Of a stretch of 64,000 nucleotides of DNA, positions 1-9,882 are shown piece after piece; position 1 is the stretch's first letter, and every line of letters starts with the position of its first letter. Origin of the DNA: an uncultured Prevotella sp. (GTDB lineage: Bacteria; Bacteroidota; Bacteroidia; Bacteroidales; Bacteroidaceae); NCBI GenBank assembly GCA_937906495.1, contig CALCVT010000140.1, forward strand, positions 7,664 through 71,663. Reading direction: 5' to 3'. A program made the translations under genes and the position numbers. The notes beneath the pieces are model-generated. The model was given only the letters and a program-made list of their open reading frames with translations, made no database searches and was not told the DNA's origin.

Positions 1-210
1 TTACGCCCCGCAGCCATTGAACGCGAACTCGAGCTGCGCACCCCCATTTACGAGGAAACTGCCAGCTACGGACACATGGGCCGCCAGCCGCAAACTGTAA
101 TCAAAACTTTCAGCAGTCCCGGCATGCCCGACAAAAAGGTAAGCGTAGAACTCTTTACCTGGGAAAAACTCAACAAGGTGGAAATGATTAAAAAAGCATT
201 CAACCTCTAA
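1..210 (+). CDS. metK: S-adenosylmethionine synthetase, C-terminal fragment (5' end outside window)
   Basis: Frame +1 is open from the window edge to TAA at 208-210. The translation ...[16 protein letters not shown]...[21 protein letters not shown] matches the conserved MetK C-terminus (AAYGHFGR and F.WEK motifs). Confidence 0.85.
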   Translation, partial: LRPAAIERELELRTPIYEETASYGHMGRQPQTVIKTFSSPGMPDKKVSVELFTWEKLNKVEMIKKAFNL

Positions 211-218
211 ATAACTCA

Positions 219-255
219 GCTGCGGAACTCCTGCACAATGCAGGTGCTCCGCAGC
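219..255 (+). terminator. Composite stem-loop downstream of metK
   Basis: GCTGCGGA..CCTGCA-CAA-TGCAGG..TCCGCAGC forms an 8 bp outer and a 6 bp inner stem 9 nt after the metK stop. There is no clear T-tract. Confidence 0.4.
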
Positions 256-272
256 ATACGCTATTATCCAAT

Positions 273-848
273 ATGCACATCACCGTATACAGCGCATCGA
301 GCGGACAAGTTCCCGAAATTTACATCGAGGATGCACGCACACTCGGCAATCTACTGGCAAAGGGCGGACATACGCTGATTAACGGAGCTGGACGCACCGG
401 CCTTATGGGAGCAACTGCCAACGCTTGCCTGGCTAACGGGGGCAAAGCCATTGGCATCATTCCACAATTCATGATTGAGCAGGAATGGCAACACCAAGGG
501 ATGACCGAACTTATCGTTACACCCGACATGCACTCCCGAAAGGAAGAAATGGCCAAACGAAGCGATGCCTGCATTGCACTGCCCGGCGGAGTCGGCACTC
601 TTGAAGAACTACTCGAAATCATCACCTGGAAACAATTGGGACTATATCTCAAGCCCATTGTTATACTTAATACCAACGGATATTTCAACCCCCTGCTCAA
701 ACAGTTAGAACAAGCCGTCGACGAACACTTCATGCGCGAACAACATGCCGCTATCTGGCAAGTGGCAAATACGCCTGCCGAAGCCATACAACTGGCTCTT
801 ACAACCCCACTCTGGGACCCTTCGGTACGCAAATTTGCAGCACTTTAA
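273..848 (+). CDS. LOG family protein (TIGR00730-type Rossmann fold, cytokinin riboside 5'-monophosphate phosphoribohydrolase-like)
   Basis: 191 aa ORF with the LOG signature PGGVGTLEELLE and the glycine-rich NGAGRTGLMG motif. Confidence 0.85.
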   Translation: MHITVYSASSGQVPEIYIEDARTLGNLLAKGGHTLINGAGRTGLMGATANACLANGGKAIGIIPQFMIEQEWQHQGMTELIVTPDMHSRKEEMAKRSDACIALPGGVGTLEELLEIITWKQLGLYLKPIVILNTNGYFNPLLKQLEQAVDEHFMREQHAAIWQVANTPAEAIQLALTTPLWDPSVRKFAAL

Positions 849-911
849 TGCCAATCAACCCCCGAAGGACTCAACCAACGGTCAACTACCTGCAACTGTC
901 TGACACTGATT

Positions 912-1925
912 ATGCAACAAGACACCCTTACACACACCACCATTCAGCCTGTTACCACTGATGAAAGGCCTATACAGCCTGCTAAAACACAGCAGACTGA
1001 CTCTGCACGTGTATGGAAAAAACAGCAGCAGGTACCCGACTCGCTGTACAAGCCCGACCCTAAAATCATCAAGCCCCTATCGGCCGAGGAACCCCTATCA
1101 TGCCTGCCCGATTGGCTCACTGACAATTATTGGAAAAGCGGTCTCGTTGATTTTCAAAAGGAACCTTTCACGCAAAAGCTCGACAGCCTGTCGGGGTTAC
1201 ATACCACCTTGCAGCTACAACCAAGCGGTATGGCCGGCGACCCGATACCCTACCAATTCAAGAACGACAACATCGTGACAATCATCCTGATGGTCAGTTT
1301 CTTTCTCGTTGTTTGGGTTATTTCACGCTCGCGCCATTTTCTGCACACACAGCTCAAAGATTTCTTTTACGCACGTAAACGCGAAAATCTCTTTGTTGAG
1401 CATACTCAAAACGGCTTCCGCGGACACATCTTTCTTGTTCTCCAAATTTGCTTCTTGCTCGGACTGCTATTTTTTGACTTTACACAAGAAAAGCAAGTCG
1501 AGGTATTCAACCAAATTTCGCCTTACCGCATTTTGGGAATGAGTTTCGGCATATGTTGCTGCTACTATCTGTTCAAGTCCAGTTTTTATGCATTTATCAA
1601 CAATATATTTTTCGATCGGCAGCAAATCGAGATGTGGAACAAAGCCTACCTTTTGTGCCTGCTCGGACTGGGACTTGTACTTTTACCCCTGACCCTGCTG
1701 GTTGTATATTTCGACCTCGACTTCAAGAGTTTGACCAACCTTTTCCTTTTCATACTCGTAGTTGACAAAATATTGCTTTTCTATAAGTGCAACCACATCT
1801 TTTTCAACTACCGGCTCGGTTGGGTGCATCTTTTTTTGTACTTTTGCACCCTTGAAATCGCCCCTCTGCTAATTCTGCTACGGGCACTGATTTACGCCAA
1901 CAACTTTCTACTGACAATTAACTAG
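912..1925 (+). CDS. Multi-pass membrane protein, DUF4271-like
   Basis: 337 aa with a hydrophilic N-region followed by several hydrophobic helices. Its position between the LOG gene and the hemD-like gene matches the synteny I recall for Bacteroidales. The family assignment is from memory, not a search. Confidence 0.55.
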   Translation: MQQDTLTHTTIQPVTTDERPIQPAKTQQTDSARVWKKQQQVPDSLYKPDPKIIKPLSAEEPLSCLPDWLTDNYWKSGLVDFQKEPFTQKLDSLSGLHTTLQLQPSGMAGDPIPYQFKNDNIVTIILMVSFFLVVWVISRSRHFLHTQLKDFFYARKRENLFVEHTQNGFRGHIFLVLQICFLLGLLFFDFTQEKQVEVFNQISPYRILGMSFGICCCYYLFKSSFYAFINNIFFDRQQIEMWNKAYLLCLLGLGLVLLPLTLLVVYFDLDFKSLTNLFLFILVVDKILLFYKCNHIFFNYRLGWVHLFLYFCTLEIAPLLILLRALIYANNFLLTIN

Positions 1926-1972
1926 TTAAACGATAGACGGACTTCCGTCGCAGCTGTACAATAGAGTAATCC

Positions 1973-2716
1973 ATGATCAAGAAGATTCTTGTTTCGCAGC
2001 CGAAACCCACTTCCGAAAAATCTCCCTACTTTGACATTGAGGCTAAAGAGAATGTAGAGTTCACGTTTCATCCTTTTATCAAAATTGAAGGACTTTCAGC
2101 CCGTGAATTCCGCCAGCAAAAGGTACAGATTCTTGACCACACGGCCATCGTGTTCAACTCTCGCCACGCAGTAGACTTCTTCTTTACGCTCTGCAAGGAA
2201 CTTCGCGTAACGCTTCCGGAAGATATGAAGTACTTTGCCATTTCGGAAACGATTTCATTGTACATTCAAAAATATGTACTTTACCGTAAGCGCAAGGCCT
2301 TCTGGGGAAACAACGGCACATGGTCGGATTTGGTTGCCGTAATGGCCAAGCACAAAACCGAAAAGTACCTCATCCCTCTGTCGGATGTCCACAGCGACGA
2401 CGTGGCACAGATGCTTGATGCCAAAAAGCTCAAACACACAGAATGTGTCATGTATCGCACGGTCAGCAACGACTATCCGAAGGACAAACCCTTCGACTTC
2501 GACATGCTGGTGTTCTTTACGCCTGCTGGAGTAGAGTCGCTGCTCAAAAACTTCCCCGACTTCAAACAAGGCGAAACACGTCTGGCCTGCTTTGGCCCCT
2601 CGACCAAAAAAGCCATTGAAGATGCCGGGTTGCGTTGCGACCTGCCCGCACCTACCCCCGAGGCACGCTCCATGACTGCTGCCATCGAAAATTACCTGAA
2701 AGAGCAAAAGGGATAA
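1973..2716 (+). CDS. hemD: Uroporphyrinogen-III synthase family protein
   Basis: 247 aa. The N-terminus MIKKILVSQPKPTSEKSPYFDIEAK...FHPFIKIEGLSAREFRQQKV is typical of the Bacteroidetes HemD-like protein found upstream of rnpA. Confidence 0.7.
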   Translation: MIKKILVSQPKPTSEKSPYFDIEAKENVEFTFHPFIKIEGLSAREFRQQKVQILDHTAIVFNSRHAVDFFFTLCKELRVTLPEDMKYFAISETISLYIQKYVLYRKRKAFWGNNGTWSDLVAVMAKHKTEKYLIPLSDVHSDDVAQMLDAKKLKHTECVMYRTVSNDYPKDKPFDFDMLVFFTPAGVESLLKNFPDFKQGETRLACFGPSTKKAIEDAGLRCDLPAPTPEARSMTAAIENYLKEQKG

Positions 2717-2859
2717 AAAATCCCAAAAACCACATACCGAGTGGCTACGCCTACAGCAAGTATCCCTGCCGCTGGCGTAGCCACTTTCTGTTGGCAAGCA
2801 AAGTGGCTGCCAATAGCGCTTTAAATAGCCCGTTCTTAAAATAACCTACCTCTTCAGTC

Positions 2860-3306
2860 ATGCATTTCAACACCTTCCGCAAACCCGAACACCTCTGCCA
2901 CGACAAAGCTATTAAAGAACTTTTCAGCGCAGGGAGCAAATCGTTCACGATTTATCCTATACGGGCCACATTCCGAACCATGGTATACAGCGGAAACGGA
3001 CCGCGTGTCAAAGTTTTGTTAAGTGTTTCGAAACGACGACTCAAGCATGCCGTTGACCGAAACCGGGCAAAACGTCAACTGCGCGAAGCATACCGCCTTC
3101 AGAAAACCATACTGAACAATGCTCTGCCCGAAAACACGGCTGTTAATATTGCCTTTATTTGGCTGGCCGAAGCCCCTATCCTCACCTACAAGGTCATGGA
3201 GCGCATGCAAACCATACTGACACGATGTGGAGAGTACATACAGCGCGAACAACCTGCCAATACCGAGATATGTAACTCAGAATGTAGCGATAACACCCAG
3301 ACATAG
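2860..3306 (+). CDS. rnpA: Ribonuclease P protein component
   Basis: 148 aa basic protein with the RNR-type motif [18 protein letters not shown], located immediately upstream of yidD as in many bacteria. Confidence 0.8.
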   Translation: MHFNTFRKPEHLCHDKAIKELFSAGSKSFTIYPIRATFRTMVYSGNGPRVKVLLSVSKRRLKHAVDRNRAKRQLREAYRLQKTILNNALPENTAVNIAFIWLAEAPILTYKVMERMQTILTRCGEYIQREQPANTEICNSECSDNTQT

Positions 3307-3332
3307 CCACCAACCACTGCCAATCAACTGCT

Positions 3333-3542
3333 ATGAAAAAGCTTCTTATCCTCCCTATCCGCTTTTATCAATGCTACATCTCGCCCATGCTGCCACCGGC
3401 ATGCAGGTATACACCTACCTGTTCGCAGTATGCCATTGAAGCTATCGAAAAACATGGTCCCATCAAAGGGCTATACCTGGCAATACGCCGCATTATGCGT
3501 TGCCACCCCTGGGGCGGAAGCGGATACGACCCTGTACCTTGA
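3333..3542 (+). CDS. yidD: Membrane protein insertion efficiency factor YidD
   Basis: 69 aa with [54 protein letters not shown], a near-consensus YidD sequence. Confidence 0.9.
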   Translation: MKKLLILPIRFYQCYISPMLPPACRYTPTCSQYAIEAIEKHGPIKGLYLAIRRIMRCHPWGGSGYDPVP

Positions 3543-3584
3543 AAATACAGCATCCGGATTAGTTTCTGTACAAACCTCTGCAAG

Positions 3585-4223
3585 ATGAAAGACTATGAAC
3601 CTCTTACAGCCAGTACCCCCCTCTGCCCCATACGCATGAGTCTTCCTCCTGCCGGCACCCCCGACTTCGACTTTCACACCCACAATCTTCAAGCCACACC
3701 GGGTCGGGCCTTAGTTTGCATTCCCCCACACTGGCTGATTAACCCCACTGCCTTTAAACCACGCCAGGGCGTACTTTATGCTGCAGGCATACATCCGTGG
3801 GACACAGCCAACAGCAACTGTACGACACTGGCCATGACCCAACTTCCTACCCTCCTCAGCCACCCCCAGGTAGTAGCACTGGGCGAATGTGGGCTCGATG
3901 CTCTATGGGGAGCAGACCTTTATGTTCAAGAGAAGATTCTTGTAGAACAGCTCAAACTTGCCGAACAATACAAACTACCCGTTGTACTCCACGCCGTACG
4001 CACCACCGACCGCCTGTTACGCCTGCACAAGCAATTAAAGCCTACATGCCAATGGACTATTCACGGCTTTAGAGGAGGTGCAGCCACAGCCCGACAACTC
4101 CTAAACGCCGGATTCGACCTCAGTTTCGGAAAAAAATACAACGCCGAAGCTTACGACCTAACTCCCGATACCCGCAAACGCTACGAAACCGACGACCCTC
4201 TCAGCCCCGAAGACATGCCCTAA
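3585..4223 (+). CDS. TatD family metal-dependent hydrolase (short form)
   Basis: Contains the FDFHTH and GECGLD motifs of TatD-type amidohydrolases. The start is uncertain (alternative Met at 3636). Confidence 0.75.
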   Translation: MKDYEPLTASTPLCPIRMSLPPAGTPDFDFHTHNLQATPGRALVCIPPHWLINPTAFKPRQGVLYAAGIHPWDTANSNCTTLAMTQLPTLLSHPQVVALGECGLDALWGADLYVQEKILVEQLKLAEQYKLPVVLHAVRTTDRLLRLHKQLKPTCQWTIHGFRGGAATARQLLNAGFDLSFGKKYNAEAYDLTPDTRKRYETDDPLSPEDMP

Positions 4224-4543
4224 AACCACTATCCGAATCACCACACAAGGCCCCATGCCCTTAAAACTACCAGCCTGCCGTAACCACCCAGCGCATTAGC
4301 ATTTATAACAGCATACACCAACCCCTCAAAATACACCTAAACACCTTTTGAGCTACGGCAAAACAGGTTGGTTAGTCGGAAAAGTAGCGAAAAAACACTT
4401 ATTTACTTCCTTTTGCGACCACTTTGACGTAACTTTGCAAAAGCATACGGAATATAGAAACGACAACACGCAACAACCGCTGCACGCCTATAAGCCATAC
4501 ACTACCCATCAACCCGATATAAACCTCTAACAATATACAAACA

Positions 4544-5839
4544 ATGAACTTTGTTGACGAACTCAAATGGCGCGGCATGCTCCACCAAATGATGCCGGGC
4601 ACCGAAGAACTCCTTGAAAAGGAAATGGTTACGGCATACGTGGGCATTGACCCTACGGCCGACTCCTTGCACATTGGCCACCTATGCTCGGTCATGATGT
4701 TGCGCCACTTCCAGCGCGCCGGACACAAACCGCTGGCACTGGTTGGAGGAGCTACCGGCATGATTGGCGACCCTTCGGGAAAAAGTGCCGAACGCAACCT
4801 GCTGACCGAGGAGGTTCTGCGTCATAACGTAGCCAGCATCAAAAAACAGCTGGCACACTTTCTCGACTTTGACTCTGACGCCCCCAATGCTGCCGAACTG
4901 GTAAACAATTACGACTGGATGAAGGATTTTACCTTCCTTGACTTTGCACGCGAGGTGGGCAAGCACATCACAGTTAACTATATGATGGCCAAAGACAGCG
5001 TAAAAAAACGCCTTAACGGCGAAGCACGCGACGGACTGTCATTCACCGAGTTTACCTACCAGCTCTTGCAGGGATACGACTTCCTTCACCTCTACCAGGA
5101 AAAGAACTGCAAACTGCAAATGGGTGGTTCCGACCAATGGGGAAACATCACCACTGGTTCTGAACTTATTCGACGCACACTGGGCGCAGAGGCCGAAGCC
5201 TTTGCACTTACCTGCCCGCTTATTACCAAGGCTGACGGCAAAAAGTTTGGCAAAACCGAGCAGGGCAACGTATGGCTCGACCGCCGATACACTACCCCCT
5301 ACAAGTTCTACCAGTTCTGGCTGAACGTGGGTGACGAAGAGGCTGAACGCTACATCAAAATCTTTACAAGCCTGAGCCACGAAGAAATTGATGCGCTCAT
5401 TGCCGAACACCGCAACGACCCCGGAAAACGCTCCCTCCAAAAACGACTGGGCGAAGAAGTTACCTGCATGGTACACAGCCGCGAGGACTACGAACTGGCA
5501 CTCGAGGCTTCGAACATCTTGTTTGGAAAAGCCACCAAAGAGAGTCTGCTCAAACTCGACGAAGATACGCTGCTGAGCGTGTTCGATGGTGTGCCGCAAT
5601 TCGAGGTAAGCCGTGAACAAGCCATTGGAGCCAAAGCGGTAGACCTCTTTGCCGAAACAACCAAATGCTTTGCATCGAAAGGCGAAATGCGCAAACTTAC
5701 TCAAGGTGGCGGTGTCAGCATGAACAAAGAAAAACTCAGTGCCTTCGATCAGGAAATTACCGAAAACGACCTTATTAACGGCAAATACCTCCTTGTACAG
5801 CGAGGCAAAAAGAACTACTACCTCATTACCGTTAAATAA
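4544..5839 (+). CDS. tyrS: Tyrosine--tRNA ligase
   Basis: 431 aa with the class I HIGH motif (SLHIGHL), a KMSKS-like KFGKT, and a C-terminal S4-like domain. Confidence 0.95.
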   Translation: MNFVDELKWRGMLHQMMPGTEELLEKEMVTAYVGIDPTADSLHIGHLCSVMMLRHFQRAGHKPLALVGGATGMIGDPSGKSAERNLLTEEVLRHNVASIKKQLAHFLDFDSDAPNAAELVNNYDWMKDFTFLDFAREVGKHITVNYMMAKDSVKKRLNGEARDGLSFTEFTYQLLQGYDFLHLYQEKNCKLQMGGSDQWGNITTGSELIRRTLGAEAEAFALTCPLITKADGKKFGKTEQGNVWLDRRYTTPYKFYQFWLNVGDEEAERYIKIFTSLSHEEIDALIAEHRNDPGKRSLQKRLGEEVTCMVHSREDYELALEASNILFGKATKESLLKLDEDTLLSVFDGVPQFEVSREQAIGAKAVDLFAETTKCFASKGEMRKLTQGGGVSMNKEKLSAFDQEITENDLINGKYLLVQRGKKNYYLITVK

Positions 5840-5866
5840 CAGGCAATCTTTTTCCTTTGATTACTT

Positions 5867-5899
5867 ATAAGCCCGGCCTTTATGGTCGGGCTTATTTTT
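5867..5899 (+). terminator. Rho-independent terminator of tyrS
   Basis: AAGCCCGGCC-TTTATG-GGTCGGGCTT stem (one G-U pair) followed by ATTTTTAT, 28 nt after the stop. Confidence 0.65.
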
Positions 5900-6311
5900 A
5901 TCCCCGACCATTTCAGTTATAAAAGACCGAAAACTAACACTCGCACACAAACACAAAGCTACAGCCTACGGAGCGATACATTTGCCAGGCTGCCAACAAT
6001 CACATACTACCACCACACACTACCCACGCTAAACCCTGCCCTAATCCAGCTCCAAACTATTCAACCTAACCTTAACCTACTGCCCGCACCAACAACCCGC
6101 GTAAACAACCATATACCTCATATTGAAAGCAATACCTCCTGAACTTTACAAACAAGACCCAGCCTTCAAAAGACTCTGCCAACAACTACACACAAAAGCA
6201 TCAACATTAAAAAAAACACCATATTCTGAAATATATACCCAACAAATTAGACACATCCATTTTACATAAATGTAATGCCCTTAAAAGCACCAAAGTGTCA
6301 ACCTTTATTTA

Positions 6312-6335
6312 AAATTATGTTGAAGAACATAATTT
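6312..6335. promoter_or_regulatory. Perfect 10-bp inverted repeat upstream of susC-like gene
   Basis: AAATTATGTT-GAAG-AACATAATTT, about 70 bp upstream of the -7 box. Confidence 0.35.
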
Positions 6336-6362
6336 GACGCTCATTTATCATGTCTATTATGC

Positions 6363-6379
6363 ATTTATGGCACATAAAT
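6363..6379. promoter_or_regulatory. 7-3-7 palindrome overlapping the expected -33 region of the susC-like promoter
   Basis: ATTTATG-GCA-CATAAAT. The same half-site CATAAAT recurs at 6265-6271 inside a TTACAT-AA-ATGTAA palindrome (6262-6275). Confidence 0.35.
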
Positions 6380-6402
6380 TATCTATATATCTAAAAAAGC
6401 CC

Positions 6403-6410
6403 TATCTTTG
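6403..6410 (+). promoter_or_regulatory. Bacteroidetes -7 promoter box for the susC-like operon
   Basis: TATCTTTG matches TAnnTTTG and lies 44 nt upstream of the ATG at 6454. Confidence 0.45.
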
Positions 6411-6453
6411 CCGAAAAATAACCCTATACTTAACATTCAGACCTTGAATCTGT

Positions 6454-9400
6454 ATGATAAACTCAACCTATCACAACTTACCCACATTGCGCAAGCTTGT
6501 TCCCCTGCTGCTATTAGTGCCCTCGAGCGGTATGGCAGCCAGCAACACCTTGCTTGCGTCTGAGGTTCTTTCCCAGGTTACAGCCTCCGAATCTGCCTCC
6601 TATGCTCCCCAGCAACAGCGCAAGATAACCGGTCGCGTAACTGACCAAACAGGTGAACCCTTAGTCGGAGCCACCATCGTAGTAAAAGGTACCAAAAACC
6701 TGACACTGACAGATGCCGACGGTAAGTTCAGTTTAAACATCCCCGCCGGGCACGAAGAAATTGTGGTAACCTACATTGGAGCTAAAGCACAAACCATCAA
6801 ACTCGAAGGACGCACCACACTTGACGTGCAACTTAACACCGGCGACAACGAACTCAACGAGGTAGTTGTAACAGCTCTCGGTATTGAACGCAAACCCGAC
6901 GAACTGACCTATGCCACTCAAAAAGTAAAGGGCGACGAGCTGACCCGCGCCAAAGACGCCAACTTTATCAATGCCCTGCAAGGTAAAACTGCAGGTTTGG
7001 TCATTACCCCAAACGCCTCGGGTGCAGGTGGTTCTTCAAAACTCATATTGCGCGGTAGCGGCTCAATTCTCGGTAACAACGAACCCCTTATTGTGGTAGA
7101 TGGTGTGCCCATGGCCGACTTGCGCAGCAACCAAATTGGCGATGCCCTGCTCTCGGGCGGTAATGCTACCGACGGCGGCGATGCCCTTTCGAACATCAAC
7201 CCCGATGATATTGACAACATTACCATCCTAAAGGGTGCCAACGCTGCAGCCCTCTACGGTTCGAAAGCAGCCAATGGTGTGGTAATGATTACTACCAAGC
7301 GTGGACGCGAAGGCAAGGTACAACTCAGCGTATCGAGTTCGATGCTGATTGAAACTCCGCTCGTGACACCTAAGTTCCAAAACACCTTTGGTGCCAATGT
7401 TGAAGATTTTGCCAACACCTGGTACAACCCGAACACACCCTTCACTGACCGCCGTTTGAGTATGTACTCATGGGGCTCGGCTATCGGCCGCCTTTCGCAA
7501 AACGCGCTCAAGGCTGTTCCCTATGCACGCAATGCAGCTATGGACAATGTGGGCGAATTTCTGCAAACAGCTACCAACTTCAACAATACCATTTCAGCCT
7601 CGTTCGGATCTGAAAAAGCATCAAACTACCTGTCGTACAGCAATACCAACTCCAACGGTATTATTCCCGGCAACAAGTTCAACCGCCACATTCTCTCCTT
7701 CCGCGAAAACATCCGTCTGTTCAACAACAAGGTTGAGGTGAGCCTCTCGGGTAACTATATTTATCAGGATGCCAAGAACCGCCCGGGTTCAGGTATTTAT
7801 GCCAACCCCTTGTACGACCTTTACCTGATGCCCCGTAATGCCGATATCCGCTACTTTAAGCATAACTCTGAGGCTTACGGACAACTTTATTACATCAACG
7901 CTGTTAATGGTGTATACCCCAAAGCATCGGCCGAAGGCCCCATCCAACTATGGCCCTGGAGCAGCGAGGAAAACCGCAACTCGCCCTACTGGTACCAACG
8001 CCGCTTGCTTCGCGACCAAATACGCGAGCGTTTTTACGGAACGGTAGGTGTAAAGGTTGACATTTGGGACGGACTCTCGGCACAGGCCCACTTCAAGGTT
8101 GACCGCACCAAGGATACGCACGAAACCAAGACCTACCAGGGTACACGCGCCAAAACTTTCTACAACTCAATTCATGAGTATAACAAGAGTGAAACCAACG
8201 AAATATACGCCGACTTTTTGGTAAGCTACGCCAAACGCGTGCGCGACTTTGACCTGAACGCCAACTTTGGTGGTTCGACTCGCAAGGAAAACACCAACTA
8301 CATGGGCTGGAACTACTGGATGGCCGACTCTACCAGTACGCCCAACGTGTTCGACCCCTCGAACGTAATTACTTCAAAAGGCGACGGCGCACATGTGCCG
8401 GTAACCAAGACACAGGCCGAAGACTGGGAAAACTCGCTCTATGCCACCCTCTCGCTGGGCTATCGCGAAATGGCCTTCCTCGATGCCACCTGGCGTTCCG
8501 ACTGGTCGCGTGTATACACTCAGTTCCACGACTTTGGTACAGGCGATAAGTTCTACTCCTACTACAGCGTAGGCGGTAACGTGTTGCTCAACAAACTGCT
8601 GAAACTGCCCGAAGACTTCTTTATCAACCATTCAAAGGTACGCTTGTCGTACTCAGAAGTAGGTAATGCCATCCCCAACCAGGACTACTACGCCTACTTC
8701 CATGCCTTTGCCACCGGCAACATTACGGCATCGCAATACCGCAACTTTGCCACTAAGCCGCTGCCCGAAACCGTACGCTCCACAGAGTTAGGTATCGACT
8801 TGCGCATGTTCAACGACAAGTTGCTCTTCGACTTTACCTTCTACAACTCAGTCATGCTTCACCAATGGTTGCCTCAAGCTGCAGCTACTGGTGGTTCGCT
8901 ACCTCTGAACTCGGGTAAAATCCGCAACCGTGGTTTCGAAACCACACTCTCTTATAACTTCCAGCTCCCTTCGTGCAACTTTAGTTGGAAAACGGCGCTG
9001 AACTACTCATATAACAAGAACGAGATTCTGGAAACCTACGGCGATACGGACACTCCCATTATTACCGACCTGGTTTACCAAGGCGGACTCAAAGCCCGCT
9101 ACGAAGTGGGCAAGCCCTACGGCGAACTTTACGGACGTGGTTTCCTCTATGGTGCCGATGGTAAGATTCAACTCGACGGTGATGGAGTACCCATGCTAAG
9201 CGGTACTTACGACACTTATCTGGGTAATGCCAACTCGCCCCACCACCTGGGTTGGAGCAATACCTTTACCTGGAAGAATCTGAGTTTCTACTTCTTGATT
9301 GATGGTAAGATTGGCGGCAACGTCATCTCTTACACTGAAGCCTTGATGGATGCTTACGGCGTATCGGAACGCACGGGTAAGGCCCGCAAGTCGGGTATCA

Positions 9401-9783
9401 CCTACCTGAAGAAGAGTGTAGTAGGCGGTGTCGAAGTCATGCAGAGTGTTCCTGGCATTAAATTGCCCGACGGACAAATTGTATCGGCTCAAGACTACTA
9501 CCAAAAGATTGGTATGGGCGAACCACTGCTGACCGAATATACCTACTCGGCCACCAACTTCCGCCTGCGTGAAGCCTCGTTGGGTTACACCTTCCGCAAC
9601 TTATTCGGCGAACAGCGCGACTTGAGTGTATCGTTTGTAGCCCGAAACCTCTTCTTTATCTACAAGGATTCACCGGTTGACCCAGACATCTCGGTATCGA
9701 CCAGCAACTCGTACAGCGGTATCGATGCCTTCAGTATGCCCAGCACCCGTAGTTTTGGTCTGACCATCAAGGCCACCTTCTAA
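6454..9783 (+). CDS. susC: SusC/RagA family TonB-linked outer membrane protein
   Basis: 1109 aa. Has a signal peptide, a CarboxypepD_reg-like module (ITGRVTDQTGEPLVGATIVVKGT), a TonB box/plug region (NEVVVTALGIERK), a long beta-barrel and a C-terminal aromatic residue (F). No N-terminal STN signalling extension is visible. Confidence 0.95.
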   Translation: MINSTYHNLPTLRKLVPLLLLVPSSGMAASNTLLASEVLSQVTASESASYAPQQQRKITGRVTDQTGEPLVGATIVVKGTKNLTLTDADGKFSLNIPAGHEEIVVTYIGAKAQTIKLEGRTTLDVQLNTGDNELNEVVVTALGIERKPDELTYATQKVKGDELTRAKDANFINALQGKTAGLVITPNASGAGGSSKLILRGSGSILGNNEPLIVVDGVPMADLRSNQIGDALLSGGNATDGGDALSNINPDDIDNITILKGANAAALYGSKAANGVVMITTKRGREGKVQLSVSSSMLIETPLVTPKFQNTFGANVEDFANTWYNPNTPFTDRRLSMYSWGSAIGRLSQNALKAVPYARNAAMDNVGEFLQTATNFNNTISASFGSEKASNYLSYSNTNSNGIIPGNKFNRHILSFRENIRLFNNKVEVSLSGNYIYQDAKNRPGSGIYANPLYDLYLMPRNADIRYFKHNSEAYGQLYYINAVNGVYPKASAEGPIQLWPWSSEENRNSPYWYQRRLLRDQIRERFYGTVGVKVDIWDGLSAQAHFKVDRTKDTHETKTYQGTRAKTFYNSIHEYNKSETNEIYADFLVSYAKRVRDFDLNANFGGSTRKENTNYMGWNYWMADSTSTPNVFDPSNVITSKGDGAHVPVTKTQAEDWENSLYATLSLGYREMAFLDATWRSDWSRVYTQFHDFGTGDKFYSYYSVGGNVLLNKLLKLPEDFFINHSKVRLSYSEVGNAIPNQDYYAYFHAFATGNITASQYRNFATKPLPETVRSTELGIDLRMFNDKLLFDFTFYNSVMLHQWLPQAAATGGSLPLNSGKIRNRGFETTLSYNFQLPSCNFSWKTALNYSYNKNEILETYGDTDTPIITDLVYQGGLKARYEVGKPYGELYGRGFLYGADGKIQLDGDGVPMLSGTYDTYLGNANSPHHLGWSNTFTWKNLSFYFLIDGKIGGNVISYTEALMDAYGVSERTGKARKSGITYLKKSVVGGVEVMQSVPGIKLPDGQIVSAQDYYQKIGMGEPLLTEYTYSATNFRLREASLGYTFRNLFGEQRDLSVSFVARNLFFIYKDSPVDPDISVSTSNSYSGIDAFSMPSTRSFGLTIKATF

Positions 9784-9882
9784 CAACAAACTATCACACT
9801 GCTCGGAACCCGCTCATCCCCCCATCCGATGAAGGGTTCCGGCAGTTACCAACCCATTCCTACCTCAAATTGTTTGAACAAA

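Noticed and set aside
5882-6142. An 86-aa ORF (MVGLIFIPDHFSYKRPKTNTRTQTQ...) lying in the G-depleted tract.
   Set aside because: It begins inside the tyrS terminator hairpin. Its Thr/Pro/Asn/Gln-rich composition simply mirrors the CA-rich DNA, and G-poor sequence rarely produces TAG or TGA. It has no promoter box and no family resemblance.
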